This document shows positions 17,110 through 26,408 of a stretch of 32,000 nucleotides of DNA, in pieces; position 1 is the stretch's first letter, and each line of letters begins with the position of its first letter. A program made the translations under genes and the position numbers. The DNA is from an uncultured Helicobacter sp. (lineage in GTDB: Bacteria > Campylobacterota > Campylobacteria > Campylobacterales > Helicobacteraceae): NCBI RefSeq assembly GCF_944326445.1, contig NZ_CALVDZ010000001.1; one strand, given 5' to 3'. The notes below the pieces were generated by a model. It was not told the DNA's origin and ran no database searches. It saw only the letters and a list, made by a program, of their open reading frames with translations.

Positions 17110-18819
17110 ATGTCTAGCCACGCACCAGAGCACACCACAGCCCACACCCCAGAGATCGTGCGATCTCACGCCACGCAGTCAAATATTTCAGAATCTCACG
17201 CTACACAATCCCACATTTTAGAATCCAACACTGCGCATTCTCCCGCCAATCCTTACGCGGATTTTCTTAGCGCGCAGATATTTTCTAAAGAGCAGCTAGA
17301 AATCCTAAACGAAGTCAATGAGACGCGCCTAGATTTCGCACCCCTGCAGAGCACTAAGACGATGATTATCGCGCCCAAAATCGCAGTGGTGGGCAGTGGG
17401 GAGATTGCGCAGGAGTTTTTGCACACACTCTCTGAATCTACCCAAACCCGCGGATTAGAGGATTGCGAGATTTTTGCGGTGCTGCCAGAGAGCTTTGTAG
17501 GGCTCAATGGCTCTTTGGGGCATTTTAGTATCCTCTATACCCAAGATTCTCAAACCCTTAGCTTAGAAGTCGCGCAAGTGGTGTTTTTCACCAAATTTGC
17601 GAATGTGCAGCACTCTAAAGGCGTGCATTGGGTGAATGAATACCATAGCCCAAAAGAACTTTTAGAATCTCTGCATAGCTTTATAGGCGCATATAGCTAC
17701 ACAAGCTCTATTGTCTTTAGCCCTAGTCTTTGTGAGTTTTGGCATCGCCGTCCTAAGAGCCAAAAGAGCAGTGAGGGTGTGGGCGATAGCGGGTATTGCC
17801 ACAAGTGCAGTGATGTGTGCCAGAGTTTTGGGGTTTTTAGAGAGGACAAAAAGGGCGAGATCGTGCTCAGTAGCCCTGATTGTATAGCGTGTGGGGATTG
17901 TGTGAGTGTATGCCCCACGGGCGCGCTGCAGCGAGAGAGCGAGAGTTTAGAATCCCTCACCTACCAAGCCCAGATGTATAAGGGCTCTATCCCTATCCTG
18001 CACGCCCAAGCACACGCGCCAGAAGTGATCGCCGCGCTCAAAGCCTCTCCAAACCCCCACGCCCTGCCCTTTGTGCTAGGGCAGCCCCATATCCTCAATG
18101 CCACCTCGCTGCTTAGCATAGTCCAAGAAAGCGGAGCGAGCGTGATCGTGTATGCCCAGCCCTCTAGCTATGTGCGCGAGGGAGTGGATTCACTAAATGC
18201 GCTAAGCGAAGCGGTGTTTGGCACTAAATGCGTGTTGCTTGCGCACGATGAGGCGGGATTGCGCGCGTGCTTGCAGGAGGCGTGCGTGCTGGATTGTGTG
18301 CATTACACCTACACGCCTCGCGCCGATGAGGGGGCAAAGGAGATATTTTCACAACGCGCGTATGCGTGGGTGAGAGGCGGGGCGTTTGGGCGCGTGAGTA
18401 TGCAGCATAGCGGCAATGTGCTTATAGATTCACAAAAATGCACCTTATGCCTTAGCTGTGTAGATGCGTGCAACACCAAGGCGCTCATTAATGAGGGCTC
18501 TAGCTTTAGCCTGCTCTTTAAGCAATCGCTCTGCACGGGTTGTGGGTATTGTGCTGATACTTGTGCCGAGCAAGTCATACGCATAGAATCTAATGTGCTT
18601 GATGCGCAATCTGAGAGCTTTGCCTATGAGCAAAAAGCCTATGATGAGCCCTTTAAATGCGTGGAATGTGGCAAGGTTTTTGCTACGACAAAATCGATTA
18701 AAAAGATAAAAGATATTTTACTTCCCACTATGGCGGGCGATATTATCAAGCAAAGGGGCTTAGAATGCTGCGGGGATTGCAAAATCAAGCTCATCTTTGG
18801 TCCCAAAGATCATACATAA
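17110..18819 (+). CDS. Multi-cluster 4Fe-4S ferredoxin-domain protein at the head of the formate dehydrogenase cluster
   Basis: CIACGDCVSVCP, CTLCLSCVDAC and CTGCGYCADTC motifs plus a terminal C-rich region. TAAGG lies 8 nt upstream of the ATG. The N-terminal 80 aa or so is low-complexity and repeat-derived; an alternative start is 17362 (MIIAPKIAVVGSGE). Confidence 0.7.
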   Translation: MSSHAPEHTTAHTPEIVRSHATQSNISESHATQSHILESNTAHSPANPYADFLSAQIFSKEQLEILNEVNETRLDFAPLQSTKTMIIAPKIAVVGSGEIAQEFLHTLSESTQTRGLEDCEIFAVLPESFVGLNGSLGHFSILYTQDSQTLSLEVAQVVFFTKFANVQHSKGVHWVNEYHSPKELLESLHSFIGAYSYTSSIVFSPSLCEFWHRRPKSQKSSEGVGDSGYCHKCSDVCQSFGVFREDKKGEIVLSSPDCIACGDCVSVCPTGALQRESESLESLTYQAQMYKGSIPILHAQAHAPEVIAALKASPNPHALPFVLGQPHILNATSLLSIVQESGASVIVYAQPSSYVREGVDSLNALSEAVFGTKCVLLAHDEAGLRACLQEACVLDCVHYTYTPRADEGAKEIFSQRAYAWVRGGAFGRVSMQHSGNVLIDSQKCTLCLSCVDACNTKALINEGSSFSLLFKQSLCTGCGYCADTCAEQVIRIESNVLDAQSESFAYEQKAYDEPFKCVECGKVFATTKSIKKIKDILLPTMAGDIIKQRGLECCGDCKIKLIFGPKDHT

Positions 18820-18828
18820 AGGAAAAAT

Positions 18829-19500
18829 ATGCAAGCAGCAAATGCACTCTACCAAGCGCGCGCTTTGTATTATGATTTTTTTGCAGGATTTTTCCTCTAT
18901 GAGCTCGTGGGTGTGCGCAAAGATTTGTTTTTAGAGCAGATTGACATCTTAGCCACTTCGCCTATTAATGAGTCCGATGGCGAGTATTTTGCTATGCTTA
19001 GAGCCTATATCGCTAAGAGCGATTCTAAAGAGATTTTGCGAGAATACACACAGACTTTTAACCTCCCCTTTAGCGCACAGAATCTGCCCACACAGGAGAG
19101 AAGCAAACAAGGGGGCAAAAAGTCCAAAAAGCCTAAAATCCCAAATCCCCAAATCTTTCTCTACCTCTCGCATTATCTCGAGGGCTGCCTCAATGGCGAG
19201 AGTTTGCTAAGAGTGCGCACGCTTGTCAAAAAGACGCATTTTCGTCTCAATACACAGGAGTTCAAAGAGAGCGAGGAGCATTTTGGCTTTTTACTTTTGC
19301 TTATGCGCCATTTGCTCCAAGATTTAGACAAGCTAGCAGAGAATGAGCAGCTCACTAGAGAGCTTTTCACCCAAGCCATTGCGCCTATGGGGCTGGCTAT
19401 CGCCGAGGCGTTGGCTAAGAGAGAGGATTTGGTGTGCTACCACCTCGTGGGCTTGCTGCTCGGGAGTTTTTTAGCCCTCGAGGGGCATATCAACTCATAG
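18829..19500 (+). CDS. TorD/DmsD-family Tat proofreading chaperone for formate dehydrogenase (C. jejuni FdhM-like)
   Basis: 223 aa. N-terminus ALYQARALYYDFFAGFF is typical of TorD-like chaperones. Sits upstream of a Tat-dependent fdhA. Confidence 0.6.
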   Translation: MQAANALYQARALYYDFFAGFFLYELVGVRKDLFLEQIDILATSPINESDGEYFAMLRAYIAKSDSKEILREYTQTFNLPFSAQNLPTQERSKQGGKKSKKPKIPNPQIFLYLSHYLEGCLNGESLLRVRTLVKKTHFRLNTQEFKESEEHFGFLLLLMRHLLQDLDKLAENEQLTRELFTQAIAPMGLAIAEALAKREDLVCYHLVGLLLGSFLALEGHINS

Positions 19501-19583
19501 AATCTATGGCGGTATTTCCACGCAAGTCTTTAGCCCTAAAGATTGGCGTGGGAGTATCCCAAATTTTTCACAAGGAGGCAAAT

Positions 19584-19805
19584 ATGTCTAGTGCGCAAGA
19601 GAGCAATGTGCATAGCTCCCGCCGCTCGTTTGTCAAAACCGCAGCGCTCGGGGGCGCAGTCGTGGCAGTAGGCTCTGTCGCCTTAGGCGGGTGTTCTGGA
19701 GAGCACAAACAAAAGGAAGTCATAAAGGGCAAGAGCAAGAAGCAAGAGGTGTTGTATCGGAGTGATACGAAGTATTGGCAGGAATATTTTTCCGTCGCCA
19801 AATAG
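19584..19805 (+). CDS. Small Tat-signal (lipo)protein associated with formate dehydrogenase
   Basis: The ATG at 19584 has AAGGAGG 5 nt upstream; the track ORF starts further upstream at 19434. Twin-arginine motif SRRSFVKTAA, then a lipobox-like LGGC. Confidence 0.6.
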   Translation: MSSAQESNVHSSRRSFVKTAALGGAVVAVGSVALGGCSGEHKQKEVIKGKSKKQEVLYRSDTKYWQEYFSVAK

Positions 19806-19807
19806 TG

Positions 19808-19929
19808 AAATTCGGCTTGCACGCAATCTTTAAATGAGTGCGGCGGCTCGGCTTGGTCACTTACGCCTAGTAAGCTCCCTTCGCCTCGCCTTGCGCAACA
19901 TTTAAATCTTACGCACAATCCTAGAATTT
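19808..19929. repeat. 122-bp imperfect-palindrome element (MITE-like or structured 3'-UTR element), copy 1
   Basis: Near-identical to 27890-28011. Arms ttgcacgcaatctttaaatg / catttaaatcttacgcacaa are partly complementary. Central 5-bp hairpin cttac-gccta-gtaag. Confidence 0.8.
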
Positions 19930-20237
19930 CTGGCAAGCCTTGATAAGATTCTCTAAAGTAGCAGATTCTGAATCTATGGCTTTAGATTCTAAAAATGTGG
20001 GTTTGGAATCTAGAATCTGAGCTTTTATGAGATTCCGAATCCGCTTGAGATTCCACGCTTGGCTTGCCCCTTGGCATTCTAGGATTTGAGATGAGAAATC
20101 GGGGTTGTGCAGTCGCGAACGAGGAGATAAGACTGGAGCGTCTATCGACGAAGTGAGCGACAAACTCCACGATTTATCGCTCAAAGCCGAATGCCCTGTA
20201 TGAGAGAATCTGAATTAACTTAAAAAAAGGAGAAGTA

Positions 20238-23057
20238 ATGAGTGAAGCAAATCCAAAACGCAACGCCCGTCGCTCATTCCTCAAGCTCTCTGCCCTCGCG
20301 TCAGTAGCGGGCGTGGGCAGTGCTTTTGGCAATGATAGCGAGCGCGTATTGCGTCCAGCAAGTGAGGCGGAGCTAAAGGAGCAATATCCTGATGCAAAAC
20401 GTGTAAAAACGATATGCACACACTGCTCTGTGGGCTGTGGCATCATCGCAGAAGTCAAAGACGGCGTGTGGGTGCGCCAAGAAGTGGCACAAGATCACCC
20501 AATCTCTCAAGGTGGGCACTGCTGCAAGGGTGCGGATCTTATCGATAGAGCAAGGAGTGAGACACGACTTCGTTATCCTATCCAAAAGGTAAATGGAGAG
20601 TGGCAGCGCACTACTTGGGATTCTGCGATGGATAGCATATCTAAGCAATTGCTCCAAATCCGCGAGGAGAGCGGGCCTGATGCGGTGATGTTTTTAGGAA
20701 GTGCGAAATGCTCCAATGAGCAAAGCTACTACATTAGGAAGTTTGCAGCGTTTTTTGGGACAAACAACATAGATCATTGCGCGAGAGTTTGACATTCCCC
20801 TACAGTTGCCGGTGTGGCAAATACATTTGGATATGGCGGGATGACAAATCACTTAGGCGATATGATGTTTTCAAAGTTTATCCTCATCATCGGGGCAAAT
20901 CCTGCGGTAAATCACCCCGTATCGATGGTGCATATCCTGCGCGCCAAGGAGCGAGGGGCTAAAATCGTAGTAGTCGATCCGCACTTTAGCAAAACTGCGG
21001 CAAAATCTGATGAATACCTCAGAATCCGCAGCGGGACGGATATAGCCTTTATCTATGGTATGTTGCACCATATCATCGAGAAAAAGCTCTATGATGAGCA
21101 ATTCCTCAAAGATCGCGTGTATGGCTATGAGGAAGTGATGAAAGAGGCAAAAAAATTCACGCCCGAAGAAGCGAGCGATGTAACGGGTATCCCTGCTGAT
21201 ACGATCCGACGCATTGCCGAGGAGATGGCAGCTGCCAAACCCGCCACTGCGATATGGAATCAAGGGCTTACCCAGCACACAGTCGGGACTTCCAACACGC
21301 GAATCGTGCCCATATTGCAAATGTTTTTGGGTAATATTGGCAAAAATGGTGGCGGCGTGAATATCCTTAGGGGGCACGATAATGTGCAGGGCGCCTCGGA
21401 TATGAATAACCTCGCAGATTCTCTGCCCGGATATTATGGCTTGGGCGAGCCTGCTTGGCGGCATTTTTGTAAGCATTGGGGTGTGGAATACGACTGGATG
21501 CTCTCGCGCTTTAAAAATAAAGAGATGATGGGCGCGACGGGCTTTGCGCATTCTACTTGGAAATTTGGCGTGCTTGATGAGGAAAACGCCGCAAACAACG
21601 GCGGCACAAAGCTGCGAGCACTCGTAGTCATCGGCTCTGGTATGACGACAGTTTCCTTGCTTGATTTGCAGCGCAAGGCGATGGATATGCTAGATTTGGT
21701 GGTGTTTATCGATCCTTATGTCAATGATTTGGCGATTTATAGCGATCGCAAGGACAATCTCTATGTCCTCCCTGCAGCTTCACAAATGGAGACAGCGGGC
21801 ACGGTGGCAGCGACAAACCGCAGCTATCAGTGGCGTAGCAAGGTGATGGAGCCACTCTATGAATGCCGCGAAGATCAAGATATTTTGTTTGACTTTGCCA
21901 AGCGAATGGGCTTTTTGGAGGAGTTCCAACGCAGCCTCTATGCTATCGCCAAAAAAGAAGGGCGCGATGAGTTTATATGGCCTGATGATGCTAATACCGA
22001 GCTTACGCAAAGTATCCGCAGCATAGGCTTACAAGGTATGAGTCCTAAACGCCTCAAAGCGCACCAAGAAAATTGGCATATGTTTGATAAGGTGACGCTT
22101 GAGGGCAAGGGACCATTTAAGGGCGAGTATTATGGACTGCCTTGGCCCTGCTGGAGTGATAAGCACCCCGGAACTCCGGTAATGTATAACGATAGCATTC
22201 CTGTTATGCGCGGCGGTATGGGCTTTAGGGTAAATTGGGGCGTAACCTCGCCCGATGGCGTGAGTATGCTCTCACCCCATAGCCTGCCAGATTCTAAAAT
22301 CGCAGGGCACGCGCCTGTGAGTGCAGAAAACGCAGAATCTCTAGGTATCAAGCTCACAGACGCGGAGAAGGAAGCGGTAGCGGGCAGCACCTTTGCCCTT
22401 GGTATAGGCAATAACATCCTTGTCGAAAAGGCTCTAGAAGCGGGACTCTGCCCCTATGGCAATGGTAAGGCACGCGCAAAAGTGTGGAATTGGTACGATC
22501 AGATTCCATTGCACAGAGAGCCGCTGCATTCTGTGCGCGGGGATTTGGTGGATAAATACCCAAGCTTCCCAGATAAACAGAATCTCTTTAGGGCAAATAT
22601 CAAATACCGCACGCGCCAAAAAGAGCGCGATTGGGTTAAGGAATTCCCCATTAATATGCTTAGCGGGCGACTTGTGGCGCATATGGGGACGGGCGCGGAG
22701 ACTAGAAGTGCTAAATACCTCGCAGAAGTCCAAAGCGAGATGTTTGTAGAGATCCACCCTGATAAAGCCCTTGAGATGGATATCAAAGATGGCGATATGG
22801 TGTGGATCTATGGCACGATGGATACGCGAATTTTAGTGAAAGCTAAGCTATCTTATCGCGTGGATTACAATAGCATTTGGCTGCCGCAAAACTTCTCGGG
22901 TATGGATCAGGGCAAAAACCTCCTACACAAATACCCAGAGGGCACGCAACCCTATGCTATCGGTGAATCTGCCAATATGATTTCAAGCTATGGGTTTGAC
23001 TACAACTCGGCTTGTCCCGAGACAAAATGCGGGCTTTGCCGCATAGAAAAAGCATAA
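20238..23057 (+). CDS. fdhA: Formate dehydrogenase catalytic subunit, Tat-exported, selenocysteine-containing (UGA at 20790-20792 read as Sec)
   Basis: Track ORFs 20238..20792 and 20814..23057 are in the same frame and separated only by TGA. The context HCARV-U-HSPTVAGVANTFGYGGMTNH is the canonical Sec/Cys active-site motif. Also has the N-terminal NARRSFLK Tat signal and the CTHCSVGCG...C Fe-S motif. Confidence 0.9.
20806..20820 (+). promoter_or_regulatory. Candidate SECIS hairpin
   Basis: ttgcc (20806-20810), loop ggtgt, ggcaa (20816-20820), starting 14 nt 3' of the UGA. G/U-rich loop as in bacterial SECIS elements. The stem is only 5 bp. Confidence 0.45.
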
Positions 23058-23067
23058 GGGGGAGCGT

Positions 23068-23706
23068 ATGAGCGAAAATATACTAAGTGTCGGCTTGAAT
23101 GACGCAGGGCACGCGCGTGTGAAGTTTTATTGCGACGATAGCAGATGTATCGACTGCCACGGGTGTGATGTAGCGTGCAAAGAGGCTCATCATCTCCCCG
23201 TGGGGATCAATCGCCGCAGAGTGGTAACGCTCAATGAGGGCATAGAGGGCGCGGAAAAATCCATATCTATCGCCTGTATGCATTGCGCTGACGCACCTTG
23301 CGCGAAAGTCTGCCCCGTGGATTGCTTTTATATCCGTGCTGATGGGATCGTGCTACACGACAAAAAAACCTGCATAGGCTGTGGATACTGCCTCTATGCC
23401 TGCCCATTTGGCGCGCCGCAATTCCCCAAATCCGATGTGTTTGGCTCAAGAGGCTCGATGGATAAATGCACATTTTGCGCTGGCGGTCCCGAGGAAACAC
23501 ATAGTGAAGAGGAGATGAAGCTCTATGGACAAAACAGAATCGCTGAAGGCAAAGTGCCTGCGTGTGCGGCGATGTGCTCGACTAAGGCATTGCTCGCTGG
23601 TGGCAGCGATGATGTGAGTGCCATCATCAGGGAGAGGACACTACACAAAGGCGAGGGCGCACCAAAGATCCCCTATACTTGGAAAAAAGCCTATGGCGAC
23701 TCATAA
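23068..23706 (+). CDS. fdhB: Formate dehydrogenase iron-sulfur subunit
   Basis: Four ferredoxin-type Cys clusters (CIDCHGCDVAC, CMHCADAPCAKVCP, CIGCGYCLYACP, CTFC...C). Confidence 0.88.
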   Translation: MSENILSVGLNDAGHARVKFYCDDSRCIDCHGCDVACKEAHHLPVGINRRRVVTLNEGIEGAEKSISIACMHCADAPCAKVCPVDCFYIRADGIVLHDKKTCIGCGYCLYACPFGAPQFPKSDVFGSRGSMDKCTFCAGGPEETHSEEEMKLYGQNRIAEGKVPACAAMCSTKALLAGGSDDVSAIIRERTLHKGEGAPKIPYTWKKAYGDS

Positions 23707-23715
23707 GGAGGCGCG

Positions 23716-24741
23716 ATGAAAGCAATACTACGATTAGGGTTTGTCTTAGCCCTAGGCTGTGGAGCACTCCTCGCTGCCCCAAATGATAGCTATGATATGG
23801 AGCAAAAGGGCGAGGTGGATATGTCTTATAACAAACATATCTATGGCACGCCACAGATTGAGGCTATCAAGAATTGGGGGCTTGGCACACAGAGTGCGGG
23901 CGTGATAGAGGGAAGCGTCATAGAGGGCAAGGGTGGCAGTATCGAGCCCCTCACTATGGGAGAGCCCATCGGGGGGATTCGCGGCTGGAATGGCTTGGGC
24001 GAGCTTTTTACGATGCTGCAAGAAAAATACTTTGCCATTATTTTCTTATGTGTGCTGTTGTTTGTGCCATTGGCGTTTTTTGGGCATTACAAAATTATCG
24101 GTGCGCGCAAATACAACCACCACAACAAGCTGCAAGTCTTTAGCAAATACAATATCATCGTGCATTGGTTTGCTGCCCTGCCCTTTGTGCTTATTTGTAT
24201 CACGGGGCTTATGATGATTTTTGGCGACAAGCTCGGTGGCGGTGCGCTCATTAGGTTTGCGCGGGATTTGCACGGGCTTAGCACGATTGTGTTTGTAGTG
24301 TTTGGGTTTTTGATGTTTTTGATGTGGGTTAAGGACTGCTTGCCACGCAGCTATGATATCAAGTGGTTTATGATAATGGGCGGCTACCTTGATAAGCAAA
24401 ATCGCATTATCCCCGCGCACAAATTCAATGCTGGGCAAAAGATGTGGTTTTGGCTCGCGACCCTTGGCGGCGGCGTGATGGCATTTACCGGCGCGCTGAT
24501 GTTTTTCCAATGCACCGATATCAACACCCTGCGCCTCGTGGCTATCGTGCATAATGTCCTAGGCTTTGGCGTCATAGCCCTACTCATCACGCATATTTAT
24601 ATGGCTGCCTTTGCTATCGAAGGCGCGATGGAGGCTATCATCAATGGGCGTATGGGCGAGGAAGAGCTCTCAATGCTCCATAGCGTGTATTATGAGGAGC
24701 TAAAGGCAAAGGGCAAGCTAGATTCTATGCGCGTGGGATAG
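23716..24741 (+). CDS. fdhC: Formate dehydrogenase cytochrome b membrane subunit
   Basis: Signal/anchor N-terminus, then multiple TM helices with conserved His (HWFAALPF, DLHGLS, HKFNAGQK, IVHNVLG, THIYMA). Last gene of the operon. Confidence 0.8.
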   Translation: MKAILRLGFVLALGCGALLAAPNDSYDMEQKGEVDMSYNKHIYGTPQIEAIKNWGLGTQSAGVIEGSVIEGKGGSIEPLTMGEPIGGIRGWNGLGELFTMLQEKYFAIIFLCVLLFVPLAFFGHYKIIGARKYNHHNKLQVFSKYNIIVHWFAALPFVLICITGLMMIFGDKLGGGALIRFARDLHGLSTIVFVVFGFLMFLMWVKDCLPRSYDIKWFMIMGGYLDKQNRIIPAHKFNAGQKMWFWLATLGGGVMAFTGALMFFQCTDINTLRLVAIVHNVLGFGVIALLITHIYMAAFAIEGAMEAIINGRMGEEELSMLHSVYYEELKAKGKLDSMRVG

Positions 24742-24750
24742 GGAGTCTAT

Positions 24751-24840
24751 CCCTATTATTTCATGCAAGTTTGCTAGGGCAGACTTGCTATTGCTTGCGG
24801 GGGAGTAAATCTCCACTCGCTCCACCTGCGCGAGCATACA
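24751..24840 (+). repeat. Partial single unit of repeat family R1 directly after fdhC
   Basis: ccctattatttcatgcaagtttgctagggcagacttgc...ggagtaaatctcc...gcgcgagcataca matches the 5' module of the units at 15136 and 15316. Confidence 0.75.
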
Positions 24841-25200
24841 TTACCTCTTTTTAGAATCTAGATTCAGAATTTTAAAATTTGTCCTCATAGATTCAAAAAC
24901 ATTAATGGATTTAGAATCTAAAAACTCCGTTTTCTAAAGAAACTTCGTTTTGTTATGAGTGATAAGAATCTTACAGAATCCACACCGGAGCTAAGAGGGC
25001 AAGCCAAGCACAGAATCTAAAAATATAGAATCTATCGTAGGATTAGAATCTAGTTTCAATCTTTTAGATTCTGAGTTTGAATCTAAAAAATGAAACTAGA
25101 TTCTATGTTCTCCCTAGATTTTTATGAGACTAGATTCCATAAACACCTTAGATTCTAAGCTTTGTTTCTTTTGAATCTTAGTTGGATTTTTTGGGGTGAG
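24841..25200. repeat. Non-coding island dense in TAGAWTCTA, including a copy of the roughly 46-bp gccaagc repeat
   Basis: About 9 AGAWTCT copies in 360 bp. 24970-25016 matches 4455-4500. Confidence 0.7.
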
Positions 25201-25349
25201 TTTTGAATGCTTTAAACAGTAGTGGCTGCTCCAAGCCCGCCAAATCTGCGCAATGGCTACCCGCTTTGGCCAATTTAAGCGCAGGGCAAGTAAAAAGAGC
25301 CATCTCTATGCGTCAAAAGCCAAATGCCCACAACACAGAATCTAACACG

Positions 25350-26408
25350 CTACAATCCACACTCCGTGCTAAGCAAATCCAAGCTCATCGCGCTCGTATC
25401 AGCGGTGCAAGTCGCGCAAGGTCCGCATTTTGGCGTGTGGGGCGTGAGGCTTTGGCGCATAGCAATGTATTTGGGCGAGCTAAAGAGCGTAAATAAATCC
25501 ATCTCGCGCATATCGCCCATAATGAAGTCCTTGTGCGCCTCCACATCGCTACGCAGGTGGCAGCAAGGCATCGCGAGGCAATTATAATCCACATAAATAC
25601 TTCGTAGCGGGAAGTGGCAGCCATAATCGCGCACTTTGCTCTCGCGCTTGCTAATGCTATCTATCACGCCACCGCGATCGATCCCGCTTATCTCTGGATT
25701 CCAACAACGATAGAGCAGATACTCCACGCCCGGATATTTGAAAGTGATACCATACTCTTTTGGCGTATCAATACTCACTTCATACTCTAGCCCCAGCTTA
25801 TCAGCCATTTTTTGCATTGCGGGTTTTAGCACCCTAGCCTTATCAAAGCTCTCGTTTTTCTTGAGATAATAGCTCATCAGCATATAGCTCATACCCGCCT
25901 CCCTTAGCTCATCGAGATACTCGCGCGTGAGGTAGTCGCCATTGCTAAATATCCCTAGCTTTGCCTTAGGCAGCCTGCTTCTAGCTTGCCTCAGACGCTT
26001 TAGGATAAGCTCCCTATCAGCTAGCGTCTCATTAAACCTATGAAAATTCAGCACGCCCTCGTATTCTATCTCGGCGAGATTGTCGATACAGCGCAAAAAC
26101 ACAGATTCTGGGAGCTCGATTTTTTGCTTCCTATCGATGAGGGAGTTTGGGCAAAACCAACAGGTGCGGTTGCAAAATGCCGAGATTTCTAACTCGATGA
26201 CGCGTAGATTGTCCTTAAGCAGCTTCTTAGCACTCTCTCTGTCGTGCGTGGGGGTGGTGAGCGCAGCGTAGCGGCTAAGCACATTTGGGAGATTTTCCCT
26301 GCACCACCGCTCGTGCTCTAGTCTATCTCTGTGGCGATATTCCGAGATGGATTGTCGCCAATGCAGCGGCAGGGCTTTGCGATAAATTTGCTTGATAAAT
26401 GCAGTCAT
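25350..26408 (-). CDS. Radical SAM enzyme with a Cys-rich C-terminal (SPASM/twitch-like) region; function unknown
   Basis: CNRTCWFCPN (CxxxCxxC) at about residue 88. C-terminal Cys clusters (CHFPL...NCLAMPCCH...PKCGPCATC). Monocistronic, divergent from smpB. Confidence 0.75.
   Translation of the reverse strand: MTAFIKQIYRKALPLHWRQSISEYRHRDRLEHERWCRENLPNVLSRYAALTTPTHDRESAKKLLKDNLRVIELEISAFCNRTCWFCPNSLIDRKQKIELPESVFLRCIDNLAEIEYEGVLNFHRFNETLADRELILKRLRQARSRLPKAKLGIFSNGDYLTREYLDELREAGMSYMLMSYYLKKNESFDKARVLKPAMQKMADKLGLEYEVSIDTPKEYGITFKYPGVEYLLYRCWNPEISGIDRGGVIDSISKRESKVRDYGCHFPLRSIYVDYNCLAMPCCHLRSDVEAHKDFIMGDMREMDLFTLFSSPKYIAMRQSLTPHTPKCGPCATCTADTSAMSLDLLSTECGL

Noticed and set aside
20090-20237. 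A possible Moco or other riboswitch in the fdhA leader.
   Set aside because: I could not recognise the conserved Moco-motif elements by eye. Only a generic 6-bp stem is visible, and the question needs an Rfam scan.
20790-20792. A TGA splits fdhA into ORFs 20238..20792 and 20814..23057, which could be read as a pseudogene.
   Set aside because: The two ORFs share one frame, and the stop sits exactly at the canonical Sec/Cys active-site position (HCARV-U-HSPTVAG) with a downstream hairpin. I interpret it as selenocysteine recoding.
25203-25496. A 97-aa plus-strand ORF overlapping the 3' end of the radical-SAM gene.
   Set aside because: It is antisense to a well-supported CDS and has no ribosome-binding site. 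It is probably a shadow ORF.
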